From an uncultured Clostridia bacterium (GTDB taxonomy: Bacteria; Bacillota; Clostridia; Peptostreptococcales; Anaerovoracaceae): a stretch of 64,000 nucleotides of DNA. The stretch spans positions 15,430-79,429 of the forward strand of contig CANEEC010000002.1 in assembly GCA_947426455.1 (NCBI GenBank), written 5' to 3'. Under the pieces are notes generated by a model. That model was not told the origin of the DNA and ran no database searches. It saw nothing but the letters and a program-made list of their open reading frames with translations. A program made the translations under genes and the position numbers. Positions 50,579 to 61,613 of this stretch are shown in pieces; the first letter of the stretch is position 1, and each line of letters opens with the position of its first letter.

Positions 50579-52027
50579 TCACTGTTTGATAAGGCTGTAA
50601 ATCAAATCCATGTCCAACGCCTTACGAAGCCCCTCGGCCAGAAGGTCGTACTGGCTCTGCTTGTAGGCGTCCACGTCGAAGGCCTTCACATCGGAAGCAT
50701 CGAGACCCTTTGCCGCCAACAGCGCTTTCACCACCTCCGCAGCGATTTCTTCCCTGTCAAAGAGGCCGTGAATGTAGGTTCCGTAGACATTACCTTCATT
50801 TATGATGTTTCCGTCCACTCCTGAAATACCCATGTGGATCTCATAACCCTGATAGGTTTTCCCGGACAGCTGGCTGAACATGCCTCCCACATCGGACAAT
50901 ATTCCCACCGCATTGGTTCTGACCTTTTTATTTTCAAAAACGGTGCTGTGGGGCAACAGGCCGATACCGCTCATGGTGCCGCCGTGTTCCACGCCCTGTG
51001 GGTCGGACAGCGACTGTCCCAGCATCTGATAGCCGCCACAGATACCGAAAATCGGTTTCCCCTTGGCATGGAATTTCAAAATCGCCGCCTCCAGTCCCGA
51101 CTGCCGCAGCCACAAAAGGTCGGACATGGTATTTTTCGTCCCCGGCAGAATGATCAGATCCGGATGTCCCAAATCGCCGACGGAACCCACATAGCGAACC
51201 TGTACGCCCTCGATATATTCCAGAGGATTGAAATCGGTGAAATTGGAAATCCTGGGTACTCTGATCACCGCAATGTCCACAAGGGCATCGCCCCTTCGTC
51301 CTTCAAAGCGATCCGTCAGGCTGTCCTCATCGTCCAGATCCAGTTCCATGTAGGGCACCACTCCCGCCACAGGTACGTGAATGATATCCTCCAGCATGTC
51401 CAGACCCGGCTCCAAAATGGTGACGTCCCCGCGGAACTTGTTGATAATCACACCCTTGACTCGCTTCTTTTCTTCTTCGTCAAACAGAAGCATAGTCCCC
51501 GCCAAAGAGGCAAATACGCCCCCCCGGTCGATATCTCCCACCAAAAGCACCGGCGCGTCCGCCATTTTCGCCATGCCCATATTGACAAGGTCGTCCTCCT
51601 TCAGATTGATTTCCGCAGGACTTCCCGCCCCCTCGATGACGATCACATCATATTCAGAGGCCAGACTTTCAAAGGCTTCACGGATATTTTCCCGCAGCTT
51701 TCCCTTTTCTTTATAAAAGTCTTTCGCGGATATATTTCCGTAGACCTCTCCGTTGACTATCACCTGAGAACCCTGATCGCTGGTGGGTTTTAGGAGGATG
51801 GGATTCATTCTGCAATCGGGTTCAATCTGACACGCCTCCGCCTGCATGACCTGAGCTCTGCCCATTTCCATTCCGTCCCTGGTGATGTAGGAATTCAGCG
51901 CCATATTCTGCGCCTTGAAAGGAGCTACCTTGTAGCCGTCCTGTTTGAGGATCCGGCAAATGCCCGCGGTCAGCACGCTTTTTCCCGCATTAGAGCAGGT
52001 TCCCATTACCATGATCGTTTTAGCCAT
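50579..52027 (-). CDS. cbiP: cobyric acid synthase
   Basis: [17 protein letters not shown] is at the N-terminus, and the C-terminal GATase region has ICGGYQMLG. Confidence 0.93.
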   Translation of the reverse strand: MAKTIMVMGTCSNAGKSVLTAGICRILKQDGYKVAPFKAQNMALNSYITRDGMEMGRAQVMQAEACQIEPDCRMNPILLKPTSDQGSQVIVNGEVYGNISAKDFYKEKGKLRENIREAFESLASEYDVIVIEGAGSPAEINLKEDDLVNMGMAKMADAPVLLVGDIDRGGVFASLAGTMLLFDEEEKKRVKGVIINKFRGDVTILEPGLDMLEDIIHVPVAGVVPYMELDLDDEDSLTDRFEGRRGDALVDIAVIRVPRISNFTDFNPLEYIEGVQVRYVGSVGDLGHPDLIILPGTKNTMSDLLWLRQSGLEAAILKFHAKGKPIFGICGGYQMLGQSLSDPQGVEHGGTMSGIGLLPHSTVFENKKVRTNAVGILSDVGGMFSQLSGKTYQGYEIHMGISGVDGNIINEGNVYGTYIHGLFDREEIAAEVVKALLAAKGLDASDVKAFDVDAYKQSQYDLLAEGLRKALDMDLIYSLIKQ

Positions 52028-53096
52028 ATGCTTCTTCCTTTCTTTCCGGCTGCCGCCCGGTGACCTCTGCAAGACAGCGGAGAAAATATTCGTTTTCCTC
52101 CCTGGTTCTGACCGCAATTCTGTAAAAGTGTTCATCCAGCGTAATGTAGTTGGCACAGCTTCGAACCACAATATCAAAGGCCTCCATGGGTTTGATTAAC
52201 TCCCGGTCGCTTCGAAAGAAAATGTAATTGGCCTTTGTATCGTACACCCGATATCCCAGGGATTGTAATCCGTTCCGAAGAAATTCCCTGTTTTCCCCGA
52301 CATAGACCTTGGTCTTTTCGATGAAGCCCTCTAATTTCAGCGCCGCGCAGCCGGCCTTGGACGCCGCTGTGGATACCGCCCACGGCTGGAGGGTCTCTCT
52401 GATTTTCTCTCCATGGGACGGATCGCCGCAGACACAATACCCCAGTCTCAGACCCGCCATGGCGTAAATTTTAGTGAAGGCTTTCAGGATGATGACATTT
52501 TCCAGCCGGCAAATGCAGTCCATCACCGAATACTTCGGTTCCTCCTCCATAAATTCCATAAAGCATTCATCGATCACCAGTATAACGCCGCATCGTCTGC
52601 ATTTTTCCGCGATGTTCAGCATCAAAGCTCTCTCTACTCCAATCCCTGTGGGATTGTTTGGATTGCAGATAAACATCATGTCCAGACCGGCGTCGATGCT
52701 GTCCAAAATCCCTTCATCACAGACAAAGCCGTTTTCCTCTTTGAGAAAGTAGTGCTTCACTTCACTTCCCGCAGTCAGCAGCGCCTGCTGATATTCAGCA
52801 AAAGTGGGAGAGACCACAAGCGCCTGTTTCGGCCGGAAAGCCAGAGGAATGCGGAAAATAAGATCGGCAGCGCCGTTTCCGCAGCAGATTCTTTCTTCCT
52901 CCACCTTGTGAAACCCGCTGATTGCCGCCGTCAGCTCTCTGTGAAAGGGATCGGGATAGCTCTCATATCCGTCGATATTGTCTATGACGGCCTGTTTGAC
53001 TTCCTGCGGCATTCCCAGGGGATTCAGGTTAGCCGAAAAATCATAAACCTTATGGTCGTATTTGTAAATATTTCCCCCATGTACTTCTTTCATCAT
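52020..53096 (-). CDS. cobD: threonine-phosphate decarboxylase (class I/II aminotransferase fold)
   Basis: HGGNIY..., SANLNPLG, and a PLP Lys in the ...[17 protein letters not shown] context are present. The ATG at 53096 overlaps the cbiB stop codon (ATGA). Confidence 0.88.
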   Translation of the reverse strand: MMKEVHGGNIYKYDHKVYDFSANLNPLGMPQEVKQAVIDNIDGYESYPDPFHRELTAAISGFHKVEEERICCGNGAADLIFRIPLAFRPKQALVVSPTFAEYQQALLTAGSEVKHYFLKEENGFVCDEGILDSIDAGLDMMFICNPNNPTGIGVERALMLNIAEKCRRCGVILVIDECFMEFMEEEPKYSVMDCICRLENVIILKAFTKIYAMAGLRLGYCVCGDPSHGEKIRETLQPWAVSTAASKAGCAALKLEGFIEKTKVYVGENREFLRNGLQSLGYRVYDTKANYIFFRSDRELIKPMEAFDIVVRSCANYITLDEHFYRIAVRTREENEYFLRCLAEVTGRQPERKEEAYG

Positions 53097-54055
53097 AACA
53101 GCACCAAAATCATTCTCATTCCCTCGAAGACCGCCAGACACAAAACCGCGGCTCCATACATCAAACGTACCGCTCTGGGTATGTCCTCCGCTTCGATTTC
53201 CCGCACGGGGTCTCCCAGCGTCGGCTTTTTACAGAGCTTCCCAAAATAATACGCGTCCCCCGCCAGCTGGATATTCAGCGCTCCCGCGCAAGCGGATTCG
53301 GGATGGGCGCTGTTGGGACTGGCGTGTTTGTACCGATCCCTGCGGTAAATTCTCCATGCGTTCTTTCCGTCAAAGCCGATGAAACAGCTGCTGACGATCA
53401 TGGCGATGGCCGTAATTCTGGCGGGAATATAGTTGAACGCATCGTCCATACGGGCGGAAAACCTGCCGAAATCTATATATGTATCGTTTTTATAGCCTAC
53501 CATGGAGTCCAGCGTGTTGATCCCTTTGTATAGAAATCCCAGGGGCGCGCCTCCGATGACCATATACAGCAGTGGAGCGACTACGCCGTCGGAGGTATTT
53601 TCCGCAACGGTTTCTACCACAGCCTTCGTAATCTGTTTGAAATCCAGATGTTCTGTATCTCTTCCCACGATCCAGGACAGATATTTTCTCGAATTGGGAA
53701 GATCCTGCTCTCTTATGTATCTGTAGACCCGCATGGCCTCTGTCTTCATGGATTTTGCAGCCAAAATCTGATAGCAGAACAGGGTCTCGACCCCATAGGA
53801 AAGCCACGGATGAATCGCCGCCAGTCCCTTGAGCAGAAAATACGGCACTGCGAAAGACAGAGATACCACCGCGAACCAGAGAACCACCCCCGCCCGTCTC
53901 AGGCTTTTCGGCGTGTCCGGAACCGCTTTTCTCAAGGCCTTTTCCAGAAAACTGATCAGATTTCCTATGAGACAGATGGGATGGGGCAAAAAATGAGGAT
54001 CGCCCAGAATCAGATCCAGAACAAAGGCTATGGCAATCATCATAACGATTTCCAT
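53093..54055 (-). CDS. cbiB: adenosylcobinamide-phosphate synthase
   Basis: LDLILGDPHFLPHPICLIG..., SPNSAHPE, and GG are present. It is a polytopic membrane protein. Confidence 0.92.
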   Translation of the reverse strand: MEIVMMIAIAFVLDLILGDPHFLPHPICLIGNLISFLEKALRKAVPDTPKSLRRAGVVLWFAVVSLSFAVPYFLLKGLAAIHPWLSYGVETLFCYQILAAKSMKTEAMRVYRYIREQDLPNSRKYLSWIVGRDTEHLDFKQITKAVVETVAENTSDGVVAPLLYMVIGGAPLGFLYKGINTLDSMVGYKNDTYIDFGRFSARMDDAFNYIPARITAIAMIVSSCFIGFDGKNAWRIYRRDRYKHASPNSAHPESACAGALNIQLAGDAYYFGKLCKKPTLGDPVREIEAEDIPRAVRLMYGAAVLCLAVFEGMRMILVLL

Positions 54056-55470
54056 GCAGTTCCTCCCATCCCGGCAGCCGCTCCGTAAGCGGCGCATTTT
54101 TTTACAAAATTCTCAGCAAAGGCCACATTGCCCCACAGGTGAAGGTGAGGATATCCAGCGAAAACGGTTTCGTCCGCATGAATGGTCTGCCAGCTGCGTT
54201 CGCCCTTGCGGGCAGTAAACCCCTGTCCGTAGCAGTCGGTGTCGCTGTAGTGGAACTCGTGGCAGCCGATGGAATCTCCCTTTTTACACATCAGATTATC
54301 GCAATTTGCGTAAAGCGTCTTATATCCGAATCTGACCAGGCCCTCCGTCATGTGAAAGTTTCCGGAAACGGCAGCGGCCATCGGGTATGTCTTTGCGTCC
54401 CGGGTAATGGTTTCCCCAAGATACATGAATCCGCCGCATTCGGCAAACACCGGCATACCGGACTGCACCGCCTCTTTGACCTGCCGCAGCATCGTTCGAT
54501 TTTCGCTTAGTGTTTTCAGATATTCCTCGGGATAACCGCCCCCGAAATAAAGGCCGCTGATGTTGTCAGGCAGGCTCTCGTCTTCCAGCGGAGAGAAAAA
54601 TACCAGCTGGGCGCCCAGCTTGTTCAACAGCCGGAAATTATCTTCATAATAGAAGCAGAAGGCCTTATCCTTTGCCACCGCAATGCGGGGAGAGGTTTTC
54701 ACCGCCGCCGTCAGGGGAATGTCCTCATAGGAAATCTCCGGCGCCGTTTCCGCCAGCGCCAAAATGCCGTCGATGTCCAGACATTCTTCCGCGGCTCTTC
54801 CCAGCGCGTCCACCTTGTTCTTTAAGTCCTGAATTTCCTGCGCAGTCACAAGTCCCAGATGGCGGCTTTCGATGGCCGCCTGAGGAACCGGAGGCAGAAA
54901 ACCCAGAACCTTCACTGGCAGGTTTTCTTCGATCATGTTGCGATAGACCGGATACATTCCTGAAGAACAGTGATTGAGAATCACCGCCTTCACTCTGTTT
55001 TCGGAAAACGACAGATATCCGGAAAGTTCTGCTAAAAGAGAGCGGCTCTTTCCCCTGACGGTGACCACTAAAATTTCCGGCGTCTGTGTCACCCGGGCGA
55101 TGTGGTTAGCGGAAAAGCGGTCGTCTTTAAAGCCGATACCGTCGTAAAGACCCATCACTCCCTCTATGACCGCGTAAGCGGCTTTCTCGGGGCAGCCGTC
55201 CTTTTCCTCCCGGCAGTTCTCATCTTCTGCCAGCAGGTATTTCACCGTATTTTCACCGCAAAGAAACAGATCCAGATTTCTGGATTTCGTCCCGATGATC
55301 TCGCTGTGAAACATGGGATCGATGTAGTCGGGGCCGCATTTAAAGCTTCTCACCTCCACGCCTCGACGGACGAGGGCGTTTAACAATCCGCAGGTGACCG
55401 TAGTCTTTCCGCATCCGCTGCCCGTTCCCGCCAGCAGTATTCTGTTAAGATGTTTGATCCTGTTGCTCAT
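54040..55470 (-). CDS. cbiA: cobyrinate a,c-diamide synthase
   Basis: GTGSGCGKTTVTCGL is at the N-terminus, and the C-terminal GATase region has ECGGFMYLG. Confidence 0.93.
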   Translation of the reverse strand: MSNRIKHLNRILLAGTGSGCGKTTVTCGLLNALVRRGVEVRSFKCGPDYIDPMFHSEIIGTKSRNLDLFLCGENTVKYLLAEDENCREEKDGCPEKAAYAVIEGVMGLYDGIGFKDDRFSANHIARVTQTPEILVVTVRGKSRSLLAELSGYLSFSENRVKAVILNHCSSGMYPVYRNMIEENLPVKVLGFLPPVPQAAIESRHLGLVTAQEIQDLKNKVDALGRAAEECLDIDGILALAETAPEISYEDIPLTAAVKTSPRIAVAKDKAFCFYYEDNFRLLNKLGAQLVFFSPLEDESLPDNISGLYFGGGYPEEYLKTLSENRTMLRQVKEAVQSGMPVFAECGGFMYLGETITRDAKTYPMAAAVSGNFHMTEGLVRFGYKTLYANCDNLMCKKGDSIGCHEFHYSDTDCYGQGFTARKGERSWQTIHADETVFAGYPHLHLWGNVAFAENFVKKCAAYGAAAGMGGTAWKSL

Positions 55471-56659
55471 GCAATGTGCCTTTCATGATGTAAACCGGGT
55501 TTTCCGCCTTCATCAGATGGTATGCTCCCAGCCTTTGCGCCGTTGAGATGTTGGCGCAGGTGATCTCCGCGTTCATATGCAAATGCCTCAAAACTTCCAT
55601 GGCCTGAGAAACCGTCTCCAAAGTGACCGCCGTAATCACAAAGACGGTTTTCCGGTTTTTCTGCAAAACGGCTTCCACAATTTCTTTCAGATTGCCGGTA
55701 CTGCCGCCGATAAACACCTTATCCGCCGGAGGAAGTTCCTCCAGTCCGGCCGGCGCCAGCGCCTGCTTCACCACGATGTTTTTCGCTCCGGTCTTTTCCA
55801 TGTTTGCCTGAATCAACCGCACCGCATCCGCTTCCTTTTCTACGGCATAGACCAGGGATTCGCACGCCCGAAACGCCATGGCGCAAGTTACGGAGCCGGT
55901 TCCCGCCCCGATGTCGTACACCACATCCCGAGGCATGATCTCCAGAGCCGAAAGGCAGAGATTACGGACAGCCTCTTTGGTCATAGGACTCTTTCCACGG
56001 ATAAAATCACCGTCCTTCAAAGTTTGGTGACGGTTGACCCAATGTTCGTTTTCAATGACCACGACGCTGAGATCCTCAAAGGTCATCTCTTTGATCTCTG
56101 CGGCGGTTCCTTTGACGATTCGTTCATCGGGCAGAGAAAGATTTTCCCCCACGGAAAGAACTACATCCGCAAGACCCGCCTGATACAGCTGCTGCGCGAT
56201 ATGATGCGCCTTCACGCTGCCGCCGGACAGCGTAAACACCCTTTCATTGTAGCAGACATTGGGTACAATGGAGCTTTCCCTGCCATGGAGGCTGCAAAGC
56301 TTCACGTTTTCATAACCCATGTTCAGCTTGGAAAGAAAATAGGACAAGCTGCTGATGCCGCAGAGAAAAGAAAGCTCCACAGAAGAATCCACTCCTTTGG
56401 CAATGGTGGAAGCGATGCTGTAAAATCCCGTATCGCCGGAAGCCGCCACGCATACCGTCTCCTCCCTGTCCGCATTGGCGTTGATATAGGAAACGGTGTC
56501 CGCAACGCCCATGACCCGCACCTGATCCGTCATGCCGGAAAGAGGTTTTTCAAGCCTTTGCGCCGTCAGCACCAAATCGGCGGTTTTCACCGCCTCTCGA
56601 ACCTGTTCCGTATACAGTTTCAATGCTCCGGGTCCCGTGCCCGCTACGATTACCTTCAT
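55445..56659 (-). CDS. cbiET: bifunctional cobalt-precorrin-7 (C5)-methyltransferase / cobalt-precorrin-6B (C15)-methyltransferase (CbiE-CbiT fusion)
   Basis: The N-terminal tetrapyrrole methylase reads MKVIVAGTGPG. The C-terminal SAM methyltransferase motif is VYDIGAGTGSV. Confidence 0.88.
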   Translation of the reverse strand: MKVIVAGTGPGALKLYTEQVREAVKTADLVLTAQRLEKPLSGMTDQVRVMGVADTVSYINANADREETVCVAASGDTGFYSIASTIAKGVDSSVELSFLCGISSLSYFLSKLNMGYENVKLCSLHGRESSIVPNVCYNERVFTLSGGSVKAHHIAQQLYQAGLADVVLSVGENLSLPDERIVKGTAAEIKEMTFEDLSVVVIENEHWVNRHQTLKDGDFIRGKSPMTKEAVRNLCLSALEIMPRDVVYDIGAGTGSVTCAMAFRACESLVYAVEKEADAVRLIQANMEKTGAKNIVVKQALAPAGLEELPPADKVFIGGSTGNLKEIVEAVLQKNRKTVFVITAVTLETVSQAMEVLRHLHMNAEITCANISTAQRLGAYHLMKAENPVYIMKGTLHEQQDQTS

Positions 56660-56672
56660 ATGCTTTTACCCT

Positions 56673-57029
56673 TCAGTTTCTGATTCTGTCCACTAAAATA
56701 TCCGCCAGCCGTTGGTCAACGCCTAAGGTTTTGCCCATTTCCATGGTGACCTGAGGGTATTTTTTCAGGATTTCTCCGATTTCCTTGGGGATATCCTCTC
56801 GAATGTGAATTCCCTCAAACAGGAAATACGGCACTACCTTGATGTGCGTAACGCCCTGCTCCGCCAGCGCGCCGATGCCGCGCTCAATATTTTCGTCGCA
56901 GAATTCCATATAGGCGATTTCCATGGGCATATCGGTCATTTTTTCTCTCACCATGGCAACCACATCGTTGACAGTCTTTTTTGTAGCCTCCACCCGGCTG
57001 CCGTGAGCTAAAATTAAAACACCCTTCAC
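56673..57029 (-). CDS. cbiX: sirohydrochlorin cobaltochelatase, short CbiX form
   Basis: 118 aa, with GVLILAHGSR... and VVPYFLFEGIH. Confidence 0.85.
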   Translation of the reverse strand: MKGVLILAHGSRVEATKKTVNDVVAMVREKMTDMPMEIAYMEFCDENIERGIGALAEQGVTHIKVVPYFLFEGIHIREDIPKEIGEILKKYPQVTMEMGKTLGVDQRLADILVDRIRN

Positions 57030-58294
57030 TTGATTTCCTCCAAAATTCTTCCGTACGTTTCAATGGTAAAATCCAGTTCTTCTCTGGTGAAGCAACGATT
57101 GATAAACATGGCTTCATACTGGGACGGCGCCACATAAATGCCCGCCGCAAGCAGCTTTGCGAATAAGCGGCGGAAACCCTCCGTGTCGGATTTGCGCGCG
57201 CTGTCATAATCCGTCACCGGTTCTTTGGTGTTGAACATGCAGACCAGAGAACCGATGTGATTTACCGTCCGTCCGCTGACCCTGCCAAGGCCCTCCGCCA
57301 GATAGTCGCCCTTTTCGTTGATATCGTCGTAGATGCCGGGATCGGCCAAAAGCTGCTCCAACGTCGCGATTCCCGCCGTCATGGCGATGGGATTTCCCGA
57401 CAGCGTACCCGCCTGATATACGCTTCCCAGAGGAGAAACGCATTTCATGATTTCCTTTCTGCCGCCGTAAGCGCCCACGGGCATACCGCCGCCGATGATT
57501 TTGCCGTAGGTGGCAAGGTCGGGCGTTACGCCGAAGTATTCGGCCGCGCCGCCGAAGGCCAGCCGGAAACCCGTGATGACCTCGTCGAAAATCAAAAGCG
57601 CGCCGTACTGATCGCACAGACTCCGCAGTCCCTGAAGAAATCCCTCCTTGGCCGGCACCACGCCCATATTGGCCGCCGTGGCTTCTACGATGACGCAGGC
57701 CACGTCGTCTCTGTTGTTTTTCATCAGCGTTTCCACGCTGTCCAGATCGTTGTAGCGGGCAAGGAGCGTATCCTCTGCCGCGCCTTTCGTCACGCCAGCG
57801 CTGTCGGGATCGCCGAAGGTCATCGCCCCGGAGCCCGCTTTCACCAGCATGGCGTCGCTGTGTCCGTGGTAGCAGCCCTCAAACTTGATAATCTTATTTT
57901 TTTTCGTATAGCCCCTGGCCAGACGCAGAGCGCTCATAACGGCTTCCGTACCGCTGTTGACCATGCGGATCATTTCCACATGGGGAAGATGACCGCAGAT
58001 CAGCTCTGCCAGCTCCACCTCCAATTCCGTACACGCGCCGAAGCTGAGACCCTTTTCGATCCGTTTTCCCACCGCCGCAATGACCTTGGGATCCGCGTGG
58101 CCTAAAATCATAGGCCCCCAGGAGCCAACGTAATCCAGATATTCGTTTCCTTCTACATCATAAATCTTGTTTCCCCGGGCCTTCTCGATAAAGGGGGGCG
58201 TCATTCCCACGGACGCAAAGGCGCGAACGGGACTGTTGACGCCGCCGGGCATAACCTCTTTGGCTCTGTCAAATAGCCGCTGTGACGTTTTCAT
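57026..58294 (-). CDS. hemL: glutamate-1-semialdehyde 2,1-aminomutase
   Basis: MPGGVNSPVRAF and LIFDEVITGFR match the family. Confidence 0.96.
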   Translation of the reverse strand: MKTSQRLFDRAKEVMPGGVNSPVRAFASVGMTPPFIEKARGNKIYDVEGNEYLDYVGSWGPMILGHADPKVIAAVGKRIEKGLSFGACTELEVELAELICGHLPHVEMIRMVNSGTEAVMSALRLARGYTKKNKIIKFEGCYHGHSDAMLVKAGSGAMTFGDPDSAGVTKGAAEDTLLARYNDLDSVETLMKNNRDDVACVIVEATAANMGVVPAKEGFLQGLRSLCDQYGALLIFDEVITGFRLAFGGAAEYFGVTPDLATYGKIIGGGMPVGAYGGRKEIMKCVSPLGSVYQAGTLSGNPIAMTAGIATLEQLLADPGIYDDINEKGDYLAEGLGRVSGRTVNHIGSLVCMFNTKEPVTDYDSARKSDTEGFRRLFAKLLAAGIYVAPSQYEAMFINRCFTREELDFTIETYGRILEEIK

Positions 58295-59274
58295 TAACCG
58301 ATATCCCCTCTCTTGATAGCATCCGCGATTTCCCTGGCATAATAGGTCATCAGGATGTCCACTCCGGCGCGGTACATGGAAGTTGTAGTTTCACACATAA
58401 TGCCGTATTCGTCGATGAGACCGGCCTTGCCGGCATTCTTAATCATGGCGTATTCGCCGCTGACGCTGTAAGCCGCAATGGGCAGATTTGTGTTGTAGGA
58501 CAGTTCTTTCACCACGTCCAGATAGGACATAGCCGGCTTCACCATGAGGATATCCGCTCCTTCTTCTTCATCCAAAGCCGCTTCTTTCATGGCTTCGCGA
58601 ATGTTGTGGGGATCCATCTGATATGCCTTTCTGTCTCCGAAGGACGGCGCAGAACCCGCCGCTTCCCGGAACGGTCCATAGAACTTGGACGCATACTTCA
58701 CAGCGTAGCTCATGATCGGCGTATTTTGAAATCCGTTGTCATCAAGACCTGCCCGAAGGGCGGCAATGCGGCCGTCCATCATATCCGAGGGCGCCACCAT
58801 ATCCGCGCCCGCCGCCGCGTGGGAAACCGCTATGGCGGTGAGGTATTTCAGAGTTTCATCGTTGTCCACATCGTGGCCGCAGAGGATGCCGCAGTGACCG
58901 TGAGACGTGTATTCGCACATACATACGTCGGTGATTACATAAATATCGTCTTTATATTCTTCCTTGATGGCGCGAATCGCCTGCTGCACGATGCCGTTTT
59001 CCGCATAGGCCTGGCTGCCCACTTCATCCTTTTCCCTGGGAATGCCAAAGAGAAGGACTTTGTTGACGCCGTGAGAAAGACAATCGTCGATGATTTCCTT
59101 CGCTCTGTCCGGACTGTATCTGTACTGTCCTTCCATGGCGGAAATCTCCGCTTTGATATTGGTTCCTTCTTCAAAGAAGATGGGATAAATCAGGCTGTCC
59201 GCGGACACTCTGGTTTCACGGACCATTCCCCGAATCAAAGGATTTGCTCTCAGTCGTCTCGGTCTGTTAATCAT
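58294..59274 (-). CDS. hemB: porphobilinogen synthase
   Basis: RPRRLR..., DVCMCEYTSHGHCG (zinc Cys triad), and MVKPA are present. Confidence 0.96.
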   Translation of the reverse strand: MINRPRRLRANPLIRGMVRETRVSADSLIYPIFFEEGTNIKAEISAMEGQYRYSPDRAKEIIDDCLSHGVNKVLLFGIPREKDEVGSQAYAENGIVQQAIRAIKEEYKDDIYVITDVCMCEYTSHGHCGILCGHDVDNDETLKYLTAIAVSHAAAGADMVAPSDMMDGRIAALRAGLDDNGFQNTPIMSYAVKYASKFYGPFREAAGSAPSFGDRKAYQMDPHNIREAMKEAALDEEEGADILMVKPAMSYLDVVKELSYNTNLPIAAYSVSGEYAMIKNAGKAGLIDEYGIMCETTTSMYRAGVDILMTYYAREIADAIKRGDIG

Positions 59275-60739
59275 TGCTTTCTCTCACTTTCTCGACCATG
59301 CTGTCAATGGTCGCCACTTCAGAAATTACGGTTTCAAATCCAAAGGTTGCCGCTTCCGCCGCGGTCTGCTTTCCGATACAAAGAGCCTTCACGCCGGCGA
59401 AATCCTGTCGCTTCTGGGTTTTGACGAACCCGTCCACACAGGATCTGCTGGTAAAGGTCACGTAATCCCAGCGTTCCAAATCGGTCAGGGGTGGATGCTC
59501 CACATAGGAGGTGTTGTAGACGGGATAGTCCAGATACTCGATTTTCTCCGCCTTCAAAGCCTCCGTCAGATCGGCCGTGCCGATTTTCGCCCGCAGGAGA
59601 ATTACCCTGCTGTCCTTTCCCACAAAGCCTTTCGATACCATCTCCCTGCCCAAAGTTTCTCCGTCGAACACGGAGGGGACAAAATCGGCTTTGAGGCCGT
59701 ACCGGCTAAGAGCTGCCGCCGTGGCGCTGCCGATACAGGCAAGCTTTTTGCCAAAGACGGCTCTCGCGTCCCTTCCCTGCTCAAAGAGCCACTGGAAAAA
59801 GGAATGCACCCCCTCAGCGCTGGTAAACGCGCAGGTATCATAGTCCTCAAAGGGCGGCGCCATGGGCCTGATGAAGTCAGTGCGGATGCACGGATACAAC
59901 GCCGTTTCCGCCCCTAAAGCCCTCAGCTTTTCCTCCAGCCGGGAGGCCTTGCTCTTTGGTTGGGTGACCAAAATCCGCTTTCCTTTCAGGGGGAGTTTGT
60001 CAAACCAGTCAAACCTGTGGGACAGGGAACATACCCTGCCGATGGCGATCACCGCCGGGGATTTCACCTGATGCTCTCTGACCACCCCTTCGATATGCTC
60101 CAAATCCGAGACGAATTTTCTCTGTGCGGCACGAGTTCCGTTTTCAATGACGGCACAGGGCATATCCCTTTCCATGCCCGCCGCCATCAGGCCGGATGCG
60201 ATGCGTCCCACGGTGGAAACGCTCATCATGAAAATCAAAGTTCCTTTCAGCCTGACCAGCGCGTCAAAATCGATGGCAAGCTCCGCCCCCGCTCTCGCGT
60301 GACCCGTGATAATGTGCAGAGACGAGCAGAAGTCTCTGTGAGTCACCGGAATTCCCCCGTAGGCGGGTACGGCGATGGAGGACGTGATGCCCGGCACCAC
60401 TTCGAAATCCACACCGTTGTCGGACAAAAGTTCCAATTCCTCTCCGCCCCGTCCGAAGACGAAGGGATCGCCCCCCTTCAATCGAACCACTTTCTTTCCG
60501 GCCAGCGCCTCTCGCAGTAAAATCCGGTTGATTTCATCCTGGGGAACGGGGTGATTTCCCACGTTCTTTCCCACGTCGATTCGTTCTGCACTTTCCGGAA
60601 TCAGCTCCATAATGCTTTCGCTGACCAGTCTGTCATAAACCACCACCTGCGCTTCCTGAATCAGGCGGGCGGCCTTCACCGTGAGCAGCTCCTTATCTCC
60701 CGGCCCCGCTCCTACTAAATATACGACGCCCTTACTCAT
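59267..60739 (-). CDS. cobA-hemD: uroporphyrinogen-III C-methyltransferase / uroporphyrinogen-III synthase fusion
   Basis: The N-terminal SUMT region has VYLVGAGPGD and RLKGGDPFVFGRGGEE. The C-terminal roughly 240 aa are HemD-like. Confidence 0.9.
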   Translation of the reverse strand: MSKGVVYLVGAGPGDKELLTVKAARLIQEAQVVVYDRLVSESIMELIPESAERIDVGKNVGNHPVPQDEINRILLREALAGKKVVRLKGGDPFVFGRGGEELELLSDNGVDFEVVPGITSSIAVPAYGGIPVTHRDFCSSLHIITGHARAGAELAIDFDALVRLKGTLIFMMSVSTVGRIASGLMAAGMERDMPCAVIENGTRAAQRKFVSDLEHIEGVVREHQVKSPAVIAIGRVCSLSHRFDWFDKLPLKGKRILVTQPKSKASRLEEKLRALGAETALYPCIRTDFIRPMAPPFEDYDTCAFTSAEGVHSFFQWLFEQGRDARAVFGKKLACIGSATAAALSRYGLKADFVPSVFDGETLGREMVSKGFVGKDSRVILLRAKIGTADLTEALKAEKIEYLDYPVYNTSYVEHPPLTDLERWDYVTFTSRSCVDGFVKTQKRQDFAGVKALCIGKQTAAEAATFGFETVISEVATIDSMVEKVRESND

Positions 60740-61613
60740 GGCGGCCTCCTTTCATGGCAAGAGCCAGCTGTCTGCCCAGTGCTTCTCCTTCCCATTTGTT
60801 TCCTTTGATTTCATCTATGTACTGACGATCCGCTTCATCTACGTAATAGCCTCTGATGGAAATTTCCTCGCCGGAAATGACAGCATAGGCCGCCACGGGA
60901 GAACTGCATCCCCCGTCGAGAGTTTTGACGAAGCTGCGCTCCGCCAGGGCGACGAGCCTTGATTCTTCATCGGCAAAGTCAGCCAGAAACGCCGCTTCGT
61001 AACCGGCTCTTGCCTGGACCGCCAAAATACCCTGACAGGCCGCCGGTAAAATTTCCTCCGTAGTGAAGATTCTGCTCACCCGGTGTTCCAAAGCCAGACG
61101 TTTCACCCCCGCATAGGCCAAAACGATGGCGTCGTACTGCCCTTCATCCAGCTTTCTCAGCCGGGTCTGCACATTGCCCCGAATCGGCCGGATATCCGCA
61201 TCGGGAAAGAGCTTTTGCAGCTGCAGCGTCCTTCGTTTGCTGGCGCTCCCCAAAACCGGATGCTTGGGCAAAGCGGAAAGTCCTTCCCTCAAAATCAGTA
61301 CGTCTCTGGGGTCTTCCCTTCTGGAAAAGGCGATGAGGGGAAGTTCCCCGCAGACCTCCATGGGCATATCTTTCAGACTGTGTACGGTCAGATCCGCCCT
61401 TTTTTCCAGTAACGCCTTATCCAGTTCCTTCACAAAGAGACCTTTTCCGCCGATCTGATCCAGCGTCTTATCCAAAATCATGTCCCCTGTGGTCTTCATG
61501 GTCAACAGGCTGACATCGATACTGCTGTCGTATTTCCTGATCGCGTCGATAACCATTTCCGACTGAATGACGGCCAATTTGCTCTCCCGGCTTCCTACGA
61601 TTACTTTCATCAA
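60732..61613 (-). CDS. hemC: hydroxymethylbilane synthase
   Basis: KVIVGSRESKLAVIQS..., TTGD, and RGNV.TRL match the family. Confidence 0.95.
   Translation of the reverse strand: MMKVIVGSRESKLAVIQSEMVIDAIRKYDSSIDVSLLTMKTTGDMILDKTLDQIGGKGLFVKELDKALLEKRADLTVHSLKDMPMEVCGELPLIAFSRREDPRDVLILREGLSALPKHPVLGSASKRRTLQLQKLFPDADIRPIRGNVQTRLRKLDEGQYDAIVLAYAGVKRLALEHRVSRIFTTEEILPAACQGILAVQARAGYEAAFLADFADEESRLVALAERSFVKTLDGGCSSPVAAYAVISGEEISIRGYYVDEADRQYIDEIKGNKWEGEALGRQLALAMKGGRHE

Noticed and set aside
55577-56683. A 368-aa + strand ORF. Similar long + strand ORFs lie at 58282..59424, 12233..13222, 52413..53249 and 50834..51793.
   Set aside because: All are antisense to confidently identified cbi/hem/atp genes. 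Their compositions are arginine/histidine-rich, which is typical of the reverse frame of GC-rich genes.
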